The notes under the pieces are model-generated. The model searched no databases, was not told where the DNA came from, and was given only the letters and a program-made list of their open reading frames with translations. Shown here piece after piece: positions 55,096-64,000 of a stretch of DNA of 64,000 bases (its first letter is position 1; every line of letters starts with the position of its first letter). Position numbers and translations under genes: made by a program. This stretch comes from the human T2T-CHM13v2.0 reference genome, Homo sapiens. Location of the stretch: the NCBI RefSeq assembly GCF_009914755.1, contig NC_060931.1. One strand, given 5' to 3'.

Positions 55096-55460
55096 GGAAA
55101 TACAAAGAAAAGAAGAGAGAAAGAAACAGAAGAAATGTTTAAAACAATAATGGCTGAGAATTCCTCCAAATTAATGTCAGACACTGAACCACAGATCCAG
55201 GAAACTCTGAGAACACCAAGCAGAATAAATGCCAAAAAACAAAAAACAAACAAAAAAAAAACCACACCAACAAAATCATTAACTAGGTATATCATATTCA
55301 AACCACAGAGGATCAAAGATACAGAAAAATATCCTGAAAAAAGCCAGTGTGGTGTGTCAGGGAAACACCTTACTTACAGAGGAATGAAGATAATAATTAC
55401 ATCTCACATTTCCTCAGAAACCATGGAAGCAGGAAAAGAGTAGAGTAAAATATTCAAAGT

Positions 55461-55463
<3 letters not shown>

Positions 55464-55500
<37 letters not shown>
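55464..55500. repeat. (GA)n microsatellite
   Basis: Direct reading. Confidence 0.95.
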
Positions 55501-55504
<4 letters not shown>

Positions 55505-55645
55505 TAAACCAGAGTATAGAATTCTATACTCTGAAACTATCTCTACAAAGTAAAGGAGAAATAAAGAACTTATCAAGTAAAAATTGAGGAAATTTGTTGC
55601 CAGTAGACCTGCCTTGTAAGAAATGTTAAAAGAAGTCCTTTAGAC

Positions 55646-55940
55646 CAGATGTCCCCTAACTTTTTGGCACCAGGGACCAGTTTCATGCAAGACAATTTTT
55701 TCCATGGATGTGCGGGATGTGGGGGATGGTTTCAGGATGAAACTGTTCCACCTTAGATCATCAGGCATTAGATTTTCATAAGCAGTGTGCAACCTGGATC
55801 CCTGGCATGCACAGTTCACAGTAGGGTTCACACTCCTTTGAGAGTCTAATGCCACTTGCTCACTGGTCTGCTGCTCATGTCCTGCTGTGTGGCCAAGTTC
55901 CTAACAGGCCAGTCTGTTACCCAGGGGTTGACGACCTCAG
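55646..55940 (+). mobile_element. MER1B hAT-Charlie DNA transposon
   Basis: tttttggcaccagggacc.gtttcatg.aagacaatttt; ggatgaaactgttccacc.tagatcatcaggcattagatt; 8-bp TSD CTTTAGAC at 55638-55645 and 55941-55948. Confidence 0.9.
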
Positions 55941-56687
55941 CTTTAGACAAAAGGAAACTAATAGGTATTAACTTGGATCTACATAAAGTAAGTAAGAGTA
56001 TCAAAAAGGAATAAGTGAAGTAAAATAAAAAGTGTTTTTATTCTTAATTAATTTAACTGATAAATTTGTTCAAAACAATAATAGTAATAATGTATTCAAT
56101 ATATAGGTTACTGTCAATTCATTTTTTTTACCAGTATCTAGCATAATGAGAAAGAAATTAGTGAGTTTTTCATGAAGCCAAACATTTTTAAATTAAAGTG
56201 TACTACTTTCTTTTGAGATTTTGTTCTTCCAACATTTTTGCTGCTAAAAATATCTGTATCTTTTCAAAATAATAATGTATTTAGTAGGGTTTTGATACTT
56301 GTTTGTTCTATAACATCAAATAAAATAAAAATTTGACAAACTTACTGCAGACACATTATTTCCTCTCAATTTTAATGTTTTGTGAATTTTAAAAGTCTGG
56401 AAACCACGGTCCTATGGTATGTCAGTGGAATGGCAGGTAAAAAGATTCAAGACGTACGGGTACAGAAAGAGAAACAGCCAAAACCCTACATATTCCTGCG
56501 ATGGATAAGAAGTAATGCCAATTATCTGAAGGATACTGAATGTATGTTAGAGTGAAAAAATAATTTCTTGCATAAACAGAAAAATCTTCATGACTAATTC
56601 ACATTCCATGTTACATAACTGAATACATTAGCAGGTATGTCTAATGAAAAAAAAATCAAGGCTGTGCTGAAGAGCTTTGTTCACTCT

Positions 56688-56724
56688 AACACACATACAA
56701 ACACACACACACACACACACACAC
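56688..56724. repeat. (CA)n microsatellite
   Basis: Direct reading. Confidence 0.9.
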
Positions 56725-56739
56725 AAAGGAAGTAAGAAA

Positions 56740-57162
56740 GAAAACCTTGGTGACTTAATCAGATACTTATTCCTGACTTTCAAACTTAGCGGCTGAGAAC
56801 AAAACCATTTGTATTTCCCATGACCCTGTAGGTTAGCTGGGGTTTCTCATGAAGCTATACTCAGCTGGTGAGTGGACTGGGCTGGGCAGAACAAAATGGC
56901 CTCATGTGCATGTCTGCCTCATGGTGCTGATTTATAGCTGGATCCATCTTTTCACTGCACTTTCATTCTGGCATCTCATGGCAGTTTCAGGGAATAATTC
57001 CAAAGGGACAGGCTCCGATGCACACACTTACTCAGCCTCTGCTTGCGCTGTTTGTTGATGTTCAATTCACAAAAGTATGTCACAGGACTAAGTGACTACA
57101 TAAAGGTTTGGGATTCTGAGAGGTGTGACTCATGGGAGCATGTTACTATAATATTCTACCAC
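56740..57162 (-). mobile_element. Old MLT1 (J/K-like) LTR fragment
   Basis: ctgggctgggcagaacaaaatggcctca...gaggtgtgactcatgggagca...ttctaccaca; family and strand tentative. Confidence 0.45.
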
Positions 57163-58736
57163 AGGGACTCTATGCCCAGGTCCTATCAGGCTTCTTTGGT
57201 ATCACTATGATGAGTCTAGCTATAGATTTCTTTTTAATTCTCTTTCTTGGGATACTTAGTTCCTCCAGGTTCTGTGACTCCACTTCTCCTCCTAGTTTTC
57301 AGCTATTTTATCTTCAAATGCTGCCTTTCTCCTTTCTTTCTAGTACTCCTTTCTGGATCTCTAATTGGACATATACTAGATCTTTTTCTCATTCTATTAT
57401 CTATATTCCTAACTTCTCATTTATATTTTCCATCCTTCTCTCTCTGTTAAATACTGTTTATCATACGGCTTCCTATTCATTAATTATCTCTTAGGCTATA
57501 ACTATTTATGTCTTTAACCCATTAATGTTTTCAATGTAATAATTTTATCTTCCATTTCTTGAAGTTTCTTTTGCATCTAAATTTTACTGATCATTCCTTA
57601 TAGTGTGTTATTGTTTGTCTTTCACATTTATTCTTTTATTCCCCACACAATGTATATTCTGTAGTTGACAATGCAATTTTTACATACTCTAAAATCATAC
57701 TTCAATTTATTTTAATTTGGCTTTAATACAAATAATTTCAATTTTTAAATGAGAATTCTAAAGAATTTACAAAATTCTTTATTATTAACCACTCCAACAT
57801 CTTTTAAAATACTCAGAATTGTTAAAGCATTAAAATGCAACAATAGAAAATAGATTAAACAAATTATAGTTCGACAAGATAATGTTATACTGTAGTGTCA
57901 TTTAAATGGTGATACAAATTTGCCTTTATTGATATGGAAAGACTCCACAAAAAGCGAAAATAACTGATTAAGAAGCAGCCATTCATTCATTCATTTACTC
58001 GTAAATATTTACTATGCAAATAATATGTATGTGCCAGGTACTGTTCAGTGTTCTGAGGTCTAATGGTAAGCAAGAGATTAAAAATAACAATATTAACATA
58101 ATATATTTTCCCTATTTATATTATAAAAATATTTTGTCTTATGTACTGCAAATGTTTTTTCATTTGATATTTTAAATTTGTCATTTTAGATTTATTTTTC
58201 CTTGCCATATACCTTAATGGAAATATATCTGAAAGATCATATCTTCACATTTTAAGTGTTAAACTACAATTGGATTTCTACAGGTGGTTTTCAATTTTTT
58301 TCTTACCTATATTTTATATTTTATCTCCCATTAACATATACATAGATTACCCATCACAAAATACAAATAATTTCATTATAAAATTTTAAAATATACGATA
58401 AGAAATCTCAAATATATATTATTTTATGCATACGTTTATATGTAATATTATATACTAATATTTTAACAAATAAAGTTTTTATAAAATAAACTAGAATTTT
58501 GAGAAAAGACTAAGAATAAAATATTCCCTGTGTTTATAGTCAAGATTTCTTATAAATGCATACTCAACAAATATTTAATGTTAGCTTTGATCATTTTTAT
58601 GTTGGGGGTAGGTGTGCTTCTGTGTGTATTTGTGTGTGTTTATAGTAGAATCATTGCTAAATGGCTTAGATGGGATGGAAACACATAAAAATATGGAAAT
58701 ATGGATGACTATGTCAATGGTTAAAAGCAGAGTTAA

Positions 58737-60964
58737 GAGGTTTTACCATGAAAGAATGTTGAATTTTATTAAATGCTTTTTCTACATCCGTTGAGATGAT
58801 AGGATTTTATCCTTCCTCTATTAATGTGGTGTTTCACACTTATTGATTTGCATATGTTGCACCATCTTTGCATCCTAAGGATAAATCCCCCTTAAGTATG
58901 CTGCTTGATCCTTTTAATATGCTGTTGAATTTGGGATGCTAACATTTTGTTGAGGATTTTTGCATCTATGTTCACCAGGAATATTGGCCTGAGTTTTCTT
59001 TTCTTGTAACATCCTTGTCTGGCTTTCATATCGGGGTAATTCTTGCCTTACAAAATGAGTTTGGAAGTGTTCCCTCCTTTTTAACTTTTTTGGAAGAGTT
59101 TGAGAAGGATTTGTATTAACTAAAAAAAAAAAAGTTTGGTAGACTTCACCCATGAAGTTATCTGGTATTGGGCTTTTCTTTGTTGGGAAATTGTTTATTG
59201 CTGATTCAATCTTCTTTCCTCTTATTTGTATGCTCATAATTTCTACGAAGTCATACATGAGAAGCTCGCACCTAACCACATTCTCAATGATGAAAAGCAA
59301 AATGAAACGTCTATCAAAATTCCAGTGACATTTTCCACAGAAATGGAACAAAAATCCTAACATTTGTACGGAACCACAAAAGATCCCAAACAGCCAAGGC
59401 AATCTTGAGAATCAACAAAGGTATAGGTATCATACTTCTTGATTTCAAATTATATTGCAAAGCTGTGATAGTCAAAACAGTCTGGTACTGGCACAGAAAC
59501 AGACACATAGAACAATGAAATAGAACAGAGCAGAAAAATAAGCCCAAGCATTTACAGTCAACTAATCTTCAACAAAGACTCCAAGAATATACAACAGAAA
59601 AGAATAATCTCTTCAACAGGTGGTGTTGGGGAAACTGGATATCCACATGAAAAATAATGAAATTGGACGCTTACACATGTGTCTTACACCATATACAAAA
59701 AAGCAACTCAAGATGGATTAAAGACTTAAACATAAAGTGTGAAACCATAAAAACCATAAAAATCCTGCAAGAAAACAGATAAAAGTTCCTTGACATTGGT
59801 TTTGGCAATGATTTTTTAGATATAACACTAAAAAACATAACACTAAAAAACAAAAGCAAAGTAAACAAGTTGACTACATCAAACTAAGATGTATTTTCCA
59901 TAGCAAAGGAAACAATAAAATAAAAAGAAAACCTACAGAATGAGAGAAAATATTTGAAAAACATATATCTGATAAAGTGCTAATATCCAAAAAAAATAAG
60001 GAACTCTAATACAACTCAATAGCACAAAACACATAACCTAATTTTAAAATGGGCAAAGGACATGGATAGTTTTTTTTATTATAAGTCATACAAGTAAATA
60101 TTAGGTATATGGAAAGGTGCTCAACATCACTAATCATCAGGAAAACGCGAATCAAAAACACAATGATATATCACCTTACACCTGTTAAGAGTGATTATTA
60201 TCAAAAAGTCATATAATAAGTGTTGGAAAGGGTAGGAAGATACATTGTAGGAGGGAATGTAAATTAGTACAGACAGAGAAAACAGTATAAGTGTTTCTCA
60301 AAAAATTTAGAAAAGAACTACCATATGATCCAGCAATGCAGCTTTTGGGTATATATTAAAAAGAAATAAAATTAATATGTCAAAGAAATATCTGTACTCC
60401 CATTATATACAATGGAATATCATTCAGCCTTAAAAATGAAGAGAATCGTGTCATTTGTGACAACATGGATAAACCTAAAAGACATTATGCTAAGTGTAAT
60501 AAGACAGAAACAGGATGAAAAATACTGCATACTCTCAATTATATGTGGAATCTAAAGAAGTCGAACTCACAGAAACAGAGAGCAGAGTAGTGGCTGCCAG
60601 GGGCTGGAAGTTGAAAAAGATGGGGAGAGGTTGGTCAAAGGGTAAAACGTTTTAGTTATGCAGAATGAATAAGTTTTGGAGATCTAAAGTACAGCATGGT
60701 GAGTATAGTTAATTGCAATGTATTGTATACTTGAGTTTTCTAAGAGAGTAAATCTTAAGTACCCTCACCACCAGGGGGACAAAAAAGTACAAACAAGCAA
60801 GCAAGGAAGAAAAGTAACTATATGAAGTGATGAATATGTTTATCTGCTTGGCTGCAGCAGTCATTTCACAGTGTACAGGTAGGTATATGAAAACATCAGG
60901 TTGTACACCTTAAATATACATACTTTTTATTTGTTAATTATGCCTTAAAAAGCTGGGTTAGGGG
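58737..60964 (+). mobile_element. L1MA/MB element with inverted 5' ORF2 segment (about 58737-59225 on minus) followed by plus-strand ORF2 end and 3' UTR
   Basis: Minus ORF 58914..59402 has IESAINNFPTKKSPIPDNFMGEVYQTF (ORF2); plus aactaccatatgatccagcaat; near-perfect TSD AAGC(A/T)GAGTTAA at 58725-58736 and 60965-60976. Confidence 0.85.
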
Positions 60965-62039
60965 AAGCTGAGTTAAATATTTTGCATGTTTTAGTAAAGG
61001 AATACAACTTTCAAATTACCTAGCCAAATTATCTATTTAAATAAAATAATATGGAATCAACTTTGAAATTAAGGAAAAAATATACAGCAAATGCCTTCAT
61101 TTGTAATTTGGAGCAATGTTCTAATTACAGCCATTACAGTAAAATATAGGAGCAAAGTCAAAAGTATGAATTTTTGTTTGTTTCCTTATGAATAGGTACA
61201 CTTTTAAAGCTCTATTTGCCTTGGCAAACATGACACTTGATTTTAACTGTACGCAATGCATTTTATGGCTTTCAGTTAATACAATTAACAAGGTCCCCCC
61301 TTCCAAAGGGTTTAAGACAATAACAGCACCAGCAACTTTTGATAGAAAAGAGCCACAGCTTTAAAAATAATTTACTCTATACCATTTTAAATGAGATCAA
61401 CTTTAGATTGGACTTCTAAGTTTAAAAGATATTCGTGAGTTAATAACATAATAGAAATGTAAAACTTTAATCCACAGAATGTGGCATTTAGAATTACATG
61501 TTTAAAAACTATAAACAAACAGAAAAAAATACTTGAATATGTTTCACAGCACATGGTAAAGTTAATAGATAGTTTTATGGTTTATTTACAAATATTTTGA
61601 ACAATAACTTATTTTTATGGATTTGAGAATTACAGACATGGTAGATGGCAAAGTAGTATAGGAACAACAATTTAAAACATTTACAGTTCCTTTCTCATAC
61701 TGCTGTTTCATAAGAGATGCTGCACAGCAAAACAATAATTATTCCTTCATTGAACCTTGGAAATACAGTAAAAAAAAATTTAAACAAAGACAGTATTATT
61801 TTTATTCAACATGCTGAGTATACTCCTTCTTTTCATTTCAATTAAGTGCCCCTAAGAATAGTGTTGTATACTTGAATTTCATAATGGGGAAATTGCATGG
61901 ATCATACTTTATAGATGGAAATTCCTACAAGTTACAAAAAAGTCTCTATAATATTTATTAAACGCATTACTTGTTACCTACCCCTTCCTTGTTTTTATTA
62001 CACAAAATCATTTTAAGTCTTTGCTCAAATATTTACTCT

Positions 62040-62330
62040 TCAGTGATGACCACATATTTAAAATTGAAATTCTCCCTGGTTCCTTAGCCTACACAGTCTC
62101 CCTTATACTGGTATGCTTTTTACCTTTTCCTTACCATTTGCCACATTATAGCATGCTATATTTTATGTATTTATTACGTTAATTTACTTATTGTCTACCT
62201 ACTACCACTAGAATATAAACGTCACAAGGACAGAGAATTTTTGTTTGCTTTGTTTATAGATGTATCCCAAGGTCCTTGACCATTGCCGGTAAATTAGTAG
62301 GGCCTCAATAAAAAAGTTATTGGAATAGTG
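62040..62330 (+). mobile_element. L2 3' end
   Basis: ccactagaatataaacgtcacaaggacagaga...tagtagggcctcaataaa. Confidence 0.65.
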
Positions 62331-62859
62331 ATATGGACTTAAATTAGTAATTTGTCTTCTCCTTAGAAACTTAAAAATTCTCCAACAGAAAAACAGTCAA
62401 GGCATATGAGCAAACAATTCCCAAGGGAAAAAAGTATAGAAACACAACTTCACAGGTAATCAAAGAAATGCAAAATGATGTCTTGAGAGAACACTTGAAA
62501 AATTATAAAATAAGGTAAAACACTGTTGGCAATGAGTTAGGGAAACAGGTGAATACATTGTTGTGTAAAGTGGTAAAATATTTATCAGCTGTTTTGTTAA
62601 TATAAAGGGCATATTAAAATCATAACTAGACAAATAATGGAAAAATGGAAAGTACTATATATTTTATAGCTATGGAAAAACGATAACAACTTAAATTTCC
62701 AATAATAGGGAATCACTTTGGCAACTTATTTCTATATAGAGAAATATTATGTAGCAATTTTTAAAAATTACGATGATAAGATATCCATTTCTTATTAACT
62801 AGTGGAAAAATAGGTAAGAAAATATATGTATCATAAAATATTTATTGGGGGAGGACATT

Positions 62860-63120
62860 TAGGGTAGAATGTAAGAGTGTGGGTTTGTAGAGTCAGACTG
62901 CCTGGGTTTGGTTATTTTCCATCACTTATGGTTATGAAATAATGGCAAGTTAGTTCACTGAGTAGAACCTCTCTAAACCTTAGTCTAGACATCTACAGAA
63001 TGAGGGCATGTTATCTACTTCAGAGAGTTGTTATTAGGATTACGTGATAAAATCTATGTAGTGTACTTAACAGTGTCTGAGACATGGACATGCTCAGTAA
63101 ATGTTAGCTGCTGCTATTGT
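62860..63120 (+). mobile_element. MIR SINE, near full length
   Basis: gagtcagactgcctgggttt...ggcaagtta...gctcagtaaatgttagctgctgctatt. Confidence 0.75.
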
Positions 63121-63649
63121 TACCTGCTTTATTTGGACATCTACATGTGTGAGGAAAAATACAGAATGATATATAATAAAAACTGTAATTATTACTTAAA
63201 GATTGGTTAGTATGTCATTTTATACTTTTATTTCTTTGCAAAGCCTACCCTATATTCCAAGTAATACCTGTTATTTGTGTAATAAATACACACACATACA
63301 TACAAAAGGCATAAGAAATACGTAAAACACATGACCAAACTATGTTTATTATAGGATTCCACTCTCTTCCCTGCTGTGAAAAATAAAGATTGTATATTAG
63401 CAATTTGTCCTCAAAGGAATTAACTATTTTTAATGTTTTACATTTAAGAGCCTAAATATCTTCTTTTAAGGTCAAAATAGTCATTAAAATATAGAATTAC
63501 CCCATTTGTTAAAAACCGGTTAATATAAAACCAACAAGAAAGTCTGAAAGTTTTAATAAGCTATAACTTGTGGGAGTAGGAATCTAATCTTTTTTAATGC
63601 TTCCTGTACATGACACATTTATGTATTTTGTAATTTAATATAAACCTAA

Positions 63650-63790
63650 TCCTATAAGGTGGACATTATCCCTATTTTACAAGTAAGTTCATCAAGTTTC
63701 AAGATTACTGTTAGTAAAATGAGAAACTGAGGCCAATTCAGGTTGACTGGACTGCAAAGTTCACGGTCTTTCCACCAATTCAATACCAAC
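63650..63790 (-). mobile_element. MIR fragment
   Basis: cattatccctattttaca...atgagaaactgaggcc. Confidence 0.5.
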
Positions 63791-64000
63791 ATCTCATGTT
63801 TCCTATCGTGGATTCCTGAAAAGGCTAAGAATACGTAGCCAAGAGAGGGAGAAAGAATGCTTTGCAGGGTTAGGTAGGAAAGACTAAAAATGTATAATAG
63901 GTTGACTCAGATAGTACAGCTAGTATTAACAAGGTCAGGAATATTTCAACAAATATACCTAAACATATCAATTATCATATTGGTATACATAGACAAAAAT

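Larger units (their letters stand above)
53120..56100 (+). mobile_element. Old L1M (L1MD/L1M4-like) 5' UTR and decayed ORF1, interrupted by simple repeats and MER1B
   Basis: ORF 55135..55443 IMAENSSKLMSDTEPQIQETLRTPSRIN...YIIFKPQRIKD is L1 ORF1p-like; aaaaagctgaacaaactgaaaaaccaacaactct 5'-end motif. Confidence 0.75.

Noticed and set aside
55135-59402. L1 ORF1-like and ORF2-like peptides as functional genes
   Set aside because: Fragmentary, frameshifted and interrupted fossils

Overview
Human (or near-identical great-ape) genomic DNA inside the PCLO (Piccolo/Aczonin, presynaptic active-zone scaffold) gene, transcribed on the minus strand. The window holds three GT-AG coding exons that join in frame: 20999-21715 (717 nt; end of zinc finger 2 and EEKK repeats), 7082-12164 (5083 nt giant exon; coiled coil, 22-Pro tract, PxDLS-like array) and 4702-6716 (2015 nt; coiled coil, xQT array). 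From recalled RefSeq numbering these are exons 4, 5 and 6. The rest is AT-rich intron with Alu, L1, L2, MIR, MaLR LTR, DNA-transposon and simple repeats. The most interesting stretch is the 365-nt intron 6717-7081. Its retention gives the known ribbon-synapse isoform Piccolino (read-through tail to TGA at 7011). It also carries three sense UGCAUG (RBFOX) motifs in 69 nt, 11 YCAY (NOVA) motifs and a candidate frameshifting microexon, and the next exon opens with two overlapping 5' splice-site motifs. These suggest a compact, testable splicing switch, but that is inference. I see no new gene or prokaryote-style system. Almost all other ORFs in the track are antisense shadows or repeat-derived. 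Repeat subfamily calls were made by eye and need RepeatMasker/Dfam confirmation.
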